Positions 9,003 to 18,176 of a DNA stretch of 32,000 bases are shown piece after piece. Under the pieces are notes generated by a model, which had not been told where the DNA came from, made no database searches, and worked only from the letters and a program-made list of their open reading frames with translations. This DNA comes from Candidatus Midichloria mitochondrii IricVA. Lineage in GTDB: Bacteria > Pseudomonadota > Alphaproteobacteria > Rickettsiales > Midichloriaceae. The position numbers were made by a program, and so were the translations under genes. Numbering within the stretch: the first letter of the stretch is position 1; every line of letters begins with the position of its first letter. The stretch lies in assembly GCF_000219355.1 (NCBI RefSeq), contig NC_015722.1:1-32000 (forward strand), read 5' to 3'.

Positions 9003-9267
9003 GGGGGGCGGTAAAGCCTGATCGAAGTTGCTGAACGTGGGGGCTAAGCTAGATTTTCGCATTTTTGTTTAGCTCAAGGATAAAGGATTCTAATTAGAAC
9101 CCTCATACTTCAGCATCATTAGTGCTACTTTTATATATTAGGCATTGCGTTTGTATCCTTTTTAGCAATATGTGAAAAAAAGCTTCTTATGATTCACTAG
9201 TTCTGCTATAATCCTAGGACATTATTGAAGTTTCTTTAATACAAGAATTAATAGATAGAATAATTTT

Positions 9268-10083
9268 ATGCAATGCGCTTCATATTGTACAGGCCGGTGC
9301 TACGGCCTTTTTGCTATATCAGAACACTTTTCTAAACTTGGTATAGCTCATAAGGTGTATGGAAAAGATGTATTACATATAGAATCAGAACATCTAGATA
9401 TTAATCATAACGCGGATGTTTTTGTTTTTAATTATGGATGCGTTATTTTCTGGGGGTTAGATCCGATTAATGAAGAAAAAGTTTTAAACAAACTTTCTGA
9501 GTTTTTAGAAGACGAAATATCAGAAGCCATAACGGATCGTTGTAATTATATGGTTACCCCGCAGGAAAGTAGTTATGTTGATGAAGAGAGCGATACGATA
9601 GTTTTGGATAGCGATGATCCGCATATTAAGCTTTCTTTTTCATATGGACTGTCTCAGTCAGTGAAATTAAGCGTATTTGAGGCTTCAGTAGAGAAAACTA
9701 TTGATGACAATAAGAAAATACCTAATGAGTTGATCCAGACAGGTAAAATTTCGATGTCTAGGAAAGCATTGGCTAAAAAAATAGGTACTCTCTTTGCAGA
9801 AAGAAATTTTATAAATTTGAACTCAGATATCTTAGATACACCAGATTTCTTCTGGCGCCGGCCTAAATATGAACCACATTATGAAATGGCTGTCCAATTT
9901 ATGGATATAAAACAAAGGCTTACCATATTGAATTCCAGGTTGAAAATTATTCACGAACTTTATGAAATTCTTTCAACGGAACTTCACCATATACATTCTT
10001 CAAGATTGGAACTGATAATCATTTACTTGATTTTTATAGAAGTTATGATGGCTATTATGCGCGATTTTTTTCATTTAATTTAA
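9268..10083 (+). CDS. DUF155 / RMD1 (YagE, COG1723-like) family protein
   Basis: 271 aa. The N-terminal block 'CYGLFAISEHF...DVFVFNYGCVIFWGL' and a C-terminal hydrophobic helix are typical of the RMD1/Sif2 DUF155 family. Confidence 0.7.
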   Translation: MQCASYCTGRCYGLFAISEHFSKLGIAHKVYGKDVLHIESEHLDINHNADVFVFNYGCVIFWGLDPINEEKVLNKLSEFLEDEISEAITDRCNYMVTPQESSYVDEESDTIVLDSDDPHIKLSFSYGLSQSVKLSVFEASVEKTIDDNKKIPNELIQTGKISMSRKALAKKIGTLFAERNFINLNSDILDTPDFFWRRPKYEPHYEMAVQFMDIKQRLTILNSRLKIIHELYEILSTELHHIHSSRLELIIIYLIFIEVMMAIMRDFFHLI

Positions 10084-10084
10084 T

Positions 10085-11470
10085 ATGGCAAATAATTTTA
10101 TCTGGGATCAAGATAAACTTAAGTCAGCTCTGCGCCTGAAGCATTGTGCCGAATTTCGGTCTAACAATGTTTCTATTGATTCAAGAAAAGTTAAAGAGGG
10201 TGATGTATTTATAGGTCTCAAAGGTATACGCCGTGATGGGGGAATATTTGCAGAAAAGGCCTTGGAAAATGGAGCCTCGCTTTGTATAGTAAATCATTCA
10301 GTGGGTGCTGAAAATAGTAGAGTTATTGCGGTTAATAACACGGAAGAGGCCCTAGTGGATCTGGCTTTATTTAGAAGAGCTAATTTTCCGCAGAAAACTA
10401 AGTTAATAGGTGTAACTGGCAGCGCGGGCAAAACCTCAACTAAGGAACAGGTAAAGTTAGCCTTACAGAATTTTGGTAACGCTTATGCAACTGTTGGCAA
10501 TCTCAACAATCATCTGGGATTACCACTCACGATTGCTAATGTTCCGGATGATGTAGATTATTGTATCCTAGAAATGGGCATGAAGCATGCTGGAGAAATT
10601 AGCTATTTATCAAAAATTGCGCGGCCTGATATTAGCATTATTACGACAATTGCTCCTGCCCATCTTGAGTTTTTTAATAGCATTGAAGATATTGTTCGGG
10701 CTAAATCTGAAATTTATCAAGGAATGAAGCCTGGGAGCTGGGCGGTAATTAACGAGGATAGTCCTTATAAAAAGATTATGATTGAAGAAGCTCAAAAATA
10801 TGATCTTAATATCATCACTTTTGGTGAAAGTAAAAATGCTAATATAAGCCTAGGTGAATATAAAATTGAACAAAACAAGACTAAAATTAAAGCTTATAAT
10901 CAAAATCAAGCCGTAAACTATTTTTTCCCGGTTATTGCTGGAAAACATTTAGCCTTAAACAGTTTAGCTGCCCTTGCAGTCACTGCGGCACTTAATCATG
11001 ATCTAGAAAAATCATCCAACGGGTTAGCAGCCTTCAAGCCAATTTGTGGTAGAGGAGCTGCACAGATGCTAAAGAATAATGTTATATTAATTGATGATAC
11101 TTATAATGCTAATCCAGCCTCTGTTAGAGCGGCTCTTGAATCCGCTTTGCAATATAGAACAAATGATAATAGGTTAATAGCAATTTTAGGAGATATGAGA
11201 GAGCTTGGTGACGGTGCGAAACAGCTACACGAGGATTTGGCAGATGCAGCGATGAAATTAGATATAATCCATACTGTGGGCGGTTTAATGGGCGCGTTAC
11301 ATAAGAATATATCAAAGGAGAGGCAAGGGGTTCACGTTAAGAGTGCAGAAGAAATGTTAGATTTTATACCAAGCCAAATTAAAGAGAACGATATAATTCT
11401 TATTAAAGGTTCGCTGGGTATGAATATGTCAAAAATTGTAAATGCCATACTAAAAAGTTTTTCCCAGTAA
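10085..11470 (+). CDS. murF: UDP-N-acetylmuramoyl-tripeptide--D-alanyl-D-alanine ligase
   Basis: 461 aa with the Mur ligase P-loop 'GVTGSAGKTSTKE' and the MurF-typical 'LIDDTYNANPASVRAAL' and 'GDMRELG'. Confidence 0.92.
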   Translation: MANNFIWDQDKLKSALRLKHCAEFRSNNVSIDSRKVKEGDVFIGLKGIRRDGGIFAEKALENGASLCIVNHSVGAENSRVIAVNNTEEALVDLALFRRANFPQKTKLIGVTGSAGKTSTKEQVKLALQNFGNAYATVGNLNNHLGLPLTIANVPDDVDYCILEMGMKHAGEISYLSKIARPDISIITTIAPAHLEFFNSIEDIVRAKSEIYQGMKPGSWAVINEDSPYKKIMIEEAQKYDLNIITFGESKNANISLGEYKIEQNKTKIKAYNQNQAVNYFFPVIAGKHLALNSLAALAVTAALNHDLEKSSNGLAAFKPICGRGAAQMLKNNVILIDDTYNANPASVRAALESALQYRTNDNRLIAILGDMRELGDGAKQLHEDLADAAMKLDIIHTVGGLMGALHKNISKERQGVHVKSAEEMLDFIPSQIKENDIILIKGSLGMNMSKIVNAILKSFSQ

Positions 11471-11536
11471 GTTTTCTTGCTGGACTTTATGACCTCAAAG
11501 CATTAAAACGGCACAAATAAATATTAGGTTTAACTC

Positions 11537-12868
11537 ATGATGTTCAAATTAACTCCAAGAGAAATTGTAAAAGAGCTAGACAGATTTGTTGTAGGGCAAT
11601 ATGAAGCAAAAAAATCTGTTGCTATTGCTTTACGAAATAGATGGAAGCGCAAGCAGTTAGATGATAGGTTGAAAGAAGAAATCATGCCTCATAATATTCT
11701 GATGGTAGGGCCAACTGGAGTCGGGAAAACTGAGATTGCAAGAAGGCTGGCTAAATTAGTTAATGCCCCTTTTATAAAAATAGAAGCAACTAAATTTACT
11801 GAAGTTGGATATGTAGGGCGTGATGTTGATTCTATTATTCGAGACTTACTAGATGTTGCAATTAAGTTAGTTAAGGATGCAATGAGACAAGAGGTTGCGC
11901 TTAAGGCAGCCAATGTTACCGAAGCGAAAATTATTGATAGCCTGGTTGGAGTGAACGCAAGTGAAGAGACGAGAAATAAATTTCATGCAAAACTGAAAAA
12001 TGGTGAACTAGATACGGTTGAAATAGAGGTAACCGTTGCTGATAACCCTCAATCCAACTTGAATAATGTTTTTGACATTCCAAACATGCCAGGCGGGCAG
12101 ATTGGATTATTTAATATTGGGGATATGCTAAATAAAGCAATGGGCGGCAAAAAAACCAAAAACGTTAAAGTAACTGTTGCTGAAGCTTATAAAATTTTGC
12201 TACGAGAAGAAAGTGAAAAATTGATTGATGAGGAAAAAGCGATTGCAGAAGCGATTAGGCTTACAGAAGAAGATGGCATAGTATTTCTTGACGAAATCGA
12301 CAAGATAGCCAGCAGCAGAAACAACGAAGGAGGCGGCTCAAGAGGTGAAGTAAGTAGAGAAGGTGTGCAAAGGGATCTCTTGCCTTTAGTTGAAGGCACA
12401 GTTGTGAGTACTAAATATGGTGCGGTTAAAACTAATCATATATTGTTTATTGCATCGGGAGCTTTTCATCTTTCCAAGCCTTCAGATTTATTAGCTGAAC
12501 TTCAGGGCAGATTTCCAATAAGAGTGCAGTTAAGTTCGCTTTCCGAAGCAGACCTAGTTAGGATACTACAAGAGACTGAAAACAGTATAGCAAAGCAGTA
12601 TCAAGCAATGTTAAATGTTGAAGAGGTTAGTATTAGTTTCACTGACGATGGAATTGCAAAAATTGCAGCTATAGCCACGGAAATTAATAATGAGATAGAA
12701 AACATTGGAGCAAGAAGACTTCATACTATTATGGAGAAGTTACTAGAAGAAATCAGCTTTGAAGCGCCAGATTTAAAGGGAGATAAGATAGAGATAAATA
12801 AACAATTTGTTGAACAGCAGTTAAATGACTTAACGAAAAAGCAGGATTTAATGAAGTTCTTATTGTAA
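11537..12868 (+). CDS. hslU: ATP-dependent protease ATPase subunit HslU
   Basis: 443 aa with 'LTPREIVKELDRFVVGQYEAKKSVAIALRNRWKR', Walker A 'GPTGVGKTEIARRLA', 'IVFLDEIDKI' and 'GARRLHTIMEKLLEEISF'. Confidence 0.95.
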   Translation: MMFKLTPREIVKELDRFVVGQYEAKKSVAIALRNRWKRKQLDDRLKEEIMPHNILMVGPTGVGKTEIARRLAKLVNAPFIKIEATKFTEVGYVGRDVDSIIRDLLDVAIKLVKDAMRQEVALKAANVTEAKIIDSLVGVNASEETRNKFHAKLKNGELDTVEIEVTVADNPQSNLNNVFDIPNMPGGQIGLFNIGDMLNKAMGGKKTKNVKVTVAEAYKILLREESEKLIDEEKAIAEAIRLTEEDGIVFLDEIDKIASSRNNEGGGSRGEVSREGVQRDLLPLVEGTVVSTKYGAVKTNHILFIASGAFHLSKPSDLLAELQGRFPIRVQLSSLSEADLVRILQETENSIAKQYQAMLNVEEVSISFTDDGIAKIAAIATEINNEIENIGARRLHTIMEKLLEEISFEAPDLKGDKIEINKQFVEQQLNDLTKKQDLMKFLL

Positions 12869-13045
12869 ATACTTACTCCTCATCTGATTCTAAAATAATA
12901 CAGAGCATAGATACGTCATAATGTGGGCTGGCTGCGTCTTGCCTGAAATTCAAAAGCAAATTATTAATAATTAATTAAAGATTTTTTACTCCATGTTGAA
13001 GTACTGTATTATGTCGATAAACGATTTAAGTTTATTGGCATTGTT

Positions 13046-13684
13046 ATGTCTAAAAACTTCTTTGGATGTGGAGAATCCGCTAAAGGTACAAGTGAGGTTA
13101 GGGTAAATAATCCTTATCAAGGCGTGAGAGTGGCTGATGCAAGGGGTGGCATACCTCAAGGCGCAGCGGCTGCTGGGAAGTAGTAAAGTTTCTCGAAGTT
13201 ATGATTATAAGGATTTCAGGACTTCTAATGCACCTGTTGGTATATTGATAAAGAATCGAGGGGGAGTTCTTGATGAAAATATGAAGTTACTCAATTCTTT
13301 AATTGATGAAGAACCAGCAGGTAACCAAGAAAAAATAATTAACAGCTTAAGTAAGGCTTTAAGTAATGGTGCTGTAATTAATTATCAAAATAATTTTGGT
13401 AAGACCGCCTTGTATCTTGCTGTTCACAACGGTCATGATAGAGTTGTTAAATGGCTTATTAAAAAATGGTGCAGATCTGCATATTGGAGAGATGAGAGGA
13501 GAGACTCCTATAACTCTTACGGTTCTAAAAACGATTATTACTTATTAAGGAAATATACCTATTGTGAAATAAAGAAAAGAATTTTCAGAATCTTATAAAG
13601 GTTATGAAAGTCTTGTTTTATCATGGAGCAAATCCTGATAATATTAAGGTTTCTTCTAATACCACATTACTTAGTACAGACTAG
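13046..13684 (+). pseudogene. Ankyrin-repeat protein pseudogene (multiple frame changes)
   Basis: The ANK consensus is visible in 'FGKTALYLAVHNGHDRVVKWLIKK'. It continues only in another frame as 'NGADLHIGEMRGETPITL', then in a third as 'VMKVLFYHGANPDNI'. Frames run 2 -> 0 -> 1 -> 2. The 0 -> 1 change falls at the A6 run 13461-13466. Confidence 0.65.
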
Positions 13685-14245
13685 CTTTCCTTATATTGGT
13701 TGCATATTTGTCTGATATAGCGAAAGAAGCAGGAAGTGCATTTATTGCAACAGTTGATTATACGGAATCTGTGTTTAATAAAGTTGCAAGCGTTGTAAGT
13801 AGGTTGGTAGTAAATTTAGGCGAAAAGATATTAATAGTACCAAAGCTATGGAGCTATTAGTATAATATTAGCAATTTTAGCTGAGCAAGCAGATGGGCTA
13901 ACTCAATTTGGCTTTGGTAGACCTAAAATGCCAGAGCCAGGGGGGGGCCGGTGGGTAGTGGTGGTGTTATGGTAGGGAATGATATGGATTATCGGACCTG
14001 AAGGAATTGGTGCGGGCAATACGACAGTATTTGATCTAGAACCGCAAAATAACTACAGCTGTCCACTTCTTTAAGTAGAAGGGATTGGCATTTAGGGCTT
14101 TGCATTCTCAAAAACTGCTGAGTTTTTATGGCTTTTAGATATACTGCGTATAAATGAAGAATGAATGAAAAAATTTATTTAAAGAAGAATAAAAAGGTTT
14201 CTGGTGCGACGTTCATTTGTACCATGGACCGCCTTGCAAATAAAT

Positions 14246-15187
14246 AACCTCAGTTCGACGTAATGAGGAAGCCCTGCGAGTCTATTTTTCCATGAGATAT
14301 ATTGGGTTTGAAGACATAAGCCAAGAGCCCTGAGAAAGAGGTCTGCCAAGAAATTGTTTGGCAAGCGATGCCGTGTTGTGCTGGATTTGGCAAATCTCTT
14401 TCAATTCTCCGATGGCTGTTTCAATCAATCCACGCCCTGCAAGAAGCAGTTGTTTAAAAGCCGCAAGCGGGTTTTGTTTTTCTTAAGCCGTGTGATGAGC
14501 TCAATACCTTGATTGCTCAGTGTTTTTGCTCATATACCACCGATCTCCGAATAGAAGGCCTGTCAAATATTGAGTCAGTTTTTCGACAACGGCTCGATCA
14601 TCTGTATTACCCGAAGTCAGTGTGAATGACATAATCTCTCCTTGATCATTGAGGCCAAAGAACCATCCGGGTTGACGTTTTCCCACGCTGAGCGATGCCT
14701 TTAAGGACCTTATTACGGCTAGTACGTGAGTTATGACAAACCTTCCAGCTTTTTGTTGAGTCAACGTACCTGTTTGTTTCCCTTTGCAGCAATTCAGCAG
14801 AATGACCAACGGGATGACCGCGTCTCGCATCCAGCTCAACAAAGCGATTGTAGCTGATAAGCTTCGGCAATTCCTCTCTGAGAGAGATTTGAAAACAGTT
14901 TAGGTAAAAATCTTTGAATCCGGTAATGCCCTCAAATGAAACAAAACGAGGATCGTTATAACTTCGGAAAGCATCATCCCAGACTCTCGTTCCCTTTGTC
15001 TCTGCGAGTTTCTTAAGGATCTTTGGTACATGAGTTGTTGCTTGCAAAAATCATCAATCAAACAAAATATTTCTACTAGGGGAACCACTTTCCTTATTTA
15101 TCGTGAAATTGAGAAGAACTTAATGGTTACACAGCCTCTTTGAAGCCATATCAGATAATTTCTTTAAACCTACCTCAAACTGGGGTT
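14246..15187 (-). mobile_element. IS982-family insertion sequence, copy 1, transposase decayed (several frameshifts)
   Basis: Transposase blocks are spread over three frames: 'MVPLVEIFCLIDDFCK', 'LSEVITILVLFH', 'LISYNRFVEL', 'IPLVILLNCCKGKQTG', 'YVDSTKSWKVCHN...KGIAQRGKTST', 'GWFFGL...TSGNTDDR', 'LFGDRWY', 'GLIETAIGELKEICQIQH'. The imperfect terminal inverted repeats are AACCCCAGTTTGAGGTAG (left end, 15170-15187 as reverse complement) and AACCTCAGTTCGACGTAA (right end, 14246-14263). The ends are uncertain by about 10-15 bp. Confidence 0.8.
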
Positions 15188-15777
15188 ACTTAGGAAGCTA
15201 AAAGAAGAACTCAACAAGTAAGATATATTAATATCCCACGTATATCAATATTAATTTATCTCACACTTTCACTAGTTCGAAGTCGCGGTATACTTCTTTA
15301 ACTGCTAATGCATAAAGCGAGTTTGCAATGGAAAAGTATGAACCGCCCTTTAGCAGGCGAAGCTTGCAAGACGGGCCATGTTAAAAAAGCAAATGAGCCT
15401 TGCAACAGTATATCTAATATAACTCTTAAATTTTAGGGAACTGCTTCTTAGCGGATAATTGCCGGTCTTTATGTATGCTTTGGCGTCTAAACTCCTATGG
15501 GGTACGCTCTTCTTTATAATGCTTTGACCATGATTATTTATATATCAATGCTTAATTACTGAGATTGTAAAATAATGTAAAAATATTATTAACAAATATT
15601 GACATAAACTAATAGTAGCTGTGTTCATCATTGGGTGCGCTTAAATGGGGCGCTATCTATGATTTCTTATCAGAAATAGCCCAAGATTTTTAAAGACGAG
15701 ACTAAACTTAGCTAAGGGGAGTTGTTACCTTAAGTTAATTGTGTAAGACAGAAATATATAGTTTTTGAAGAATAAAC

Positions 15778-16260
15778 ATGAAGAGTAGTACGATGATCGG
15801 CAAGTATGTACGTATTTTGAATGATGTGGATACTGATCGATTGCAAGCAGCCCCAGATGATAGAAATGAAGCATAGGCAATGAGTGCGAAAAAAATGGTA
15901 CAGATGTTATATGGAGGAAGCTCAATTGCTCTCTGCGGAAAAGGTAAGCATGTTGAAGCGTTAACCCTATATGAAAAAGCTTTGAGTACAAAAAAGAGAG
16001 GTATTTAGGAAGTAACCTCAGTATATAATAGTATGGGGAATTCATATAAAGCTACGAAGCAGTATAATAATGCGTTATAGCTGTATAAAAAAGCTTTAAG
16101 GATTAGGATCGAGGAATTCGGAGGGGATAATGAGGTGATAGTGGATCTGTATGGTAATATGGCTTATGTATATAGAGAGATGAAAGGCAGGAAGAAGCAA
16201 TTGGAGCAGGCGTTGTTGCAGAAATTATTGAATAGGTTAAAGCGATGCAGCAAGAAATAA
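15778..16260 (+). pseudogene. Tetratricopeptide (TPR_12-like) repeat protein remnant with three in-frame TAG codons
   Basis: A single frame reads 'GKHVEALTLYEKALSTKKRGI*EVTSVYNSMGNSYKATKQYNNAL*LYKKALRIRIEEFGGDNEVIVDLYGNMAYVYREMKG'. The TAG codons are at 15874, 16006 and 16078. The terminal TAA (16258-16260) lies inside the first codons of rpsJ. Confidence 0.55.
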
Positions 16261-16562
16261 AACTAAAATTAAGAGCGTTTGATCATAGAGTACTCGATCA
16301 AGCTGTTATTAATATAATCCAAACAGTAAAAAGAATCGGTGCTAAAGTAAGAGGAGCTATTCCTTTGCCAAGGAAAATTAGTCGATACACTGTTAATAGG
16401 TCTCCTCACATTGATAAAGAGTCTAGGGAGCAGTTTGAAATCAGGAAGCATTCCAGATTATTAATTTTTGAAGCCTCACCGCAAACCATTGATGCTTTAA
16501 TGAAATTGGATCTAGCTTCTGGGGTAGATGTTGAAATCAAATTAGTGGGCGGTACAGAATGA
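16245..16562 (+). CDS. rpsJ: 30S ribosomal protein S10
   Basis: 105 aa with '[17 protein letters not shown]...[35 protein letters not shown]'. Confidence 0.95.
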   Translation: MQQEIKLKLRAFDHRVLDQAVINIIQTVKRIGAKVRGAIPLPRKISRYTVNRSPHIDKESREQFEIRKHSRLLIFEASPQTIDALMKLDLASGVDVEIKLVGGTE

Positions 16563-17239
16563 TAAAGCGTTGTGGTGCTATTGTAAAAAAACTTGGCATG
16601 AGCCAGTTGTTCATCGAAGATGGTAGGTCTTTGCCTGTTACTATACTAGAATTTCAAAATAACGTTGTTTTAGGTTCTAAAAATAAAGATAGGCACGGCT
16701 ACGATGCTGTTATTATGGGTTATGGTAAAGCTAAATTAAATAAAATTACCAAGCCTATGAAGGGCATACTAGCAAAAGCTGGTGTTGAAAGCGTTAGAGG
16801 GGTAAAAGAATTTAGAGTATCTAGCGATTGCTTGATTGAGCTAGGTAAAGTTTTATCTATAAACCATTTTGTCAAGGGGCAATATATTGATGTAACTGCC
16901 GACAGTATAGGAAAAGGCTTTGCTGGTGCTATGAAAAGGCATAATTTTGCCGGTTTAGAAGCTTCTCACGGTGTGTCAGTAAGCCATAGGTCCCACGGTT
17001 CAACGGGGAATAGAACTGATCCTGGCAAAGTGTTTAAAGGAAAAAAAATGGCTGGTCATTTGGGTGATGAACGAGTGACTGTGCAAAATTTAAAGATAGT
17101 AGATATAGATGAAAATTTAGGCGTAATGGCTGTTCTTGGTGCTGTGCCTGGCGCAGTTGGATCTGAAGTTATTGTGCGTGATGCCGTGAAAAAGGGCTTA
17201 TCACCTGCAGTTCAGCTGCCTGCCGTTTATGCTGCTTAA
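16559..17239 (+). CDS. rplC: 50S ribosomal protein L3
   Basis: 226 aa with '[13 protein letters not shown]', '[26 protein letters not shown]' and '[28 protein letters not shown]'. The start overlaps the rpsJ stop (ATGA). Confidence 0.95.
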   Translation: MIKRCGAIVKKLGMSQLFIEDGRSLPVTILEFQNNVVLGSKNKDRHGYDAVIMGYGKAKLNKITKPMKGILAKAGVESVRGVKEFRVSSDCLIELGKVLSINHFVKGQYIDVTADSIGKGFAGAMKRHNFAGLEASHGVSVSHRSHGSTGNRTDPGKVFKGKKMAGHLGDERVTVQNLKIVDIDENLGVMAVLGAVPGAVGSEVIVRDAVKKGLSPAVQLPAVYAA

Positions 17240-17258
17240 TTGATTAGAATAGGTTGAT

Positions 17259-17875
17259 ATGAGGGTAGATTTATTAAATTTGGAAAACCAAAAAAAGGTA
17301 AAATTGAACTCAATTCGTTGGTATTTGGCCAAATTGTTCGAGCTGATATTATGCATAGGGTGGTAGTTTGGCAAATGGCAAAAAGACGTGCAGGTAACCA
17401 TAGCTCTAAAGAGGTGGCGGCGGTAGAAGGTTCTACGCGGAAGATATATAAACAAAAAGGTACAGGTGGAGCTAGGCACGGCAGCATAAGAGCGCCACAA
17501 TTTAGAGGAGGGGCTGTTATATTTGGTCCGCACCCTAGGTCTTATGAATTTTCTCTCAATAAAAAAATAAGAAAGCTAGGGTTGATATCGGCTTTATCAT
17601 TGAAAAAGCGAGAAAATTTGATTATAGTGCTCGATGAGTTGAAAGCGCAAGGCTATAAAGCTGTTTTAATGCTTAAAAAACTTAAAGGGCTAAACGCAAC
17701 TGCCTCTTTATTAGTAGATGGCAGTGTTGATAGCGCGGTTTTAGGTTCGATTTCTAATCTTCCATATGTTGATGCTCTTCCTGTGGCCGGTTTGAATGTG
17801 TTAGATATTTTAAAGCATGATAAGCTTATTTTAACTGTCGATGCTTTGAAGAAAATAGAAGAGAGGCTGTTATGA
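17259..17875 (+). CDS. rplD: 50S ribosomal protein L4, frame interrupted at an A7 tract (needs one extra A or a -1 shift)
   Basis: ATG 17259 gives 'MRVDLLNLENQKK' in frame 0, which then stops at 17364. The conserved body 'GKIELNSLVFGQIVRADIMHRVVVWQMAKRRAG...KQKGTGGARHGSIRAPQFRGGAVIFGP' is in the -1 frame from 17297. The joined product is 205 aa, the normal L4 length. Confidence 0.85.
17290..17297 (+). other. A7 tract / A_AAA_AAG slippery heptamer at the rplD frame junction
   Basis: The A run is 17290-17296. The frame-0 codons CAA AAA AAG place the heptamer A AAA AAG at 17291-17297, and the -1 frame codon GGT starts at 17297. Confidence 0.7.
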
Positions 17876-18162
17876 GAGTTGATCAGTTATATGATGTTTT
17901 AATAAGTCCAATTTTTTCAGAAAAGGCCACTCTTGGTGCTGAATCTAGAAAATATATTTTTAAAGTTTTGGAACAAGCTAATAAAGCTAAAATTTCTATG
18001 GCAATTGAAAAAATATTTAACGTAAAAGTGGAAAAAGTAAATATCATAAAAGTCCCTGCTAAAAAAAGAGTATTTAAGCAGATTAAGGGCGTGAAGTCTG
18101 GATTTAAAAAGGCAGTAGTTACTTTACAAACTGGATATAGTTTAGATTTGATGGCTTCATAA
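17872..18162 (+). CDS. rplW: 50S ribosomal protein L23
   Basis: 96 aa with '[14 protein letters not shown]...[31 protein letters not shown]'. The start overlaps the rplD stop. Confidence 0.93.
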   Translation: MRVDQLYDVLISPIFSEKATLGAESRKYIFKVLEQANKAKISMAIEKIFNVKVEKVNIIKVPAKKRVFKQIKGVKSGFKKAVVTLQTGYSLDLMAS

Positions 18163-18176
18163 CCAAGGTAAGAATT

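Noticed and set aside
15874-16080. Three in-frame TAG codons and no frameshift in the TPR remnant, plus in-frame TAGs at 8097 and 8561, raised the idea of TAG recoding or read-through.
   Set aside because: TAG is plainly used as a terminator by essential genes in this window: dnaA, rplP, rplX, rplF, adk, rpsM and rpsK. The in-frame TAGs are better explained as ordinary nonsense mutations in pseudogenes.
17201-17533. Antisense or out-of-frame ORFs inside conserved genes. Examples are 322-555, 2174-2449, 4478-4669, 5049-5255, 17201-17533, 18776-19054, 19051-19395, 21136-21357, 24137-24406, 25030-25368, 26224-26463, 28438-28755 and 31582-31794.
   Set aside because: Each lies fully within, or opposite, a gene with strong family signatures. 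Their sequences are low-complexity or hydrophobic with no motifs. They are shadow ORFs.
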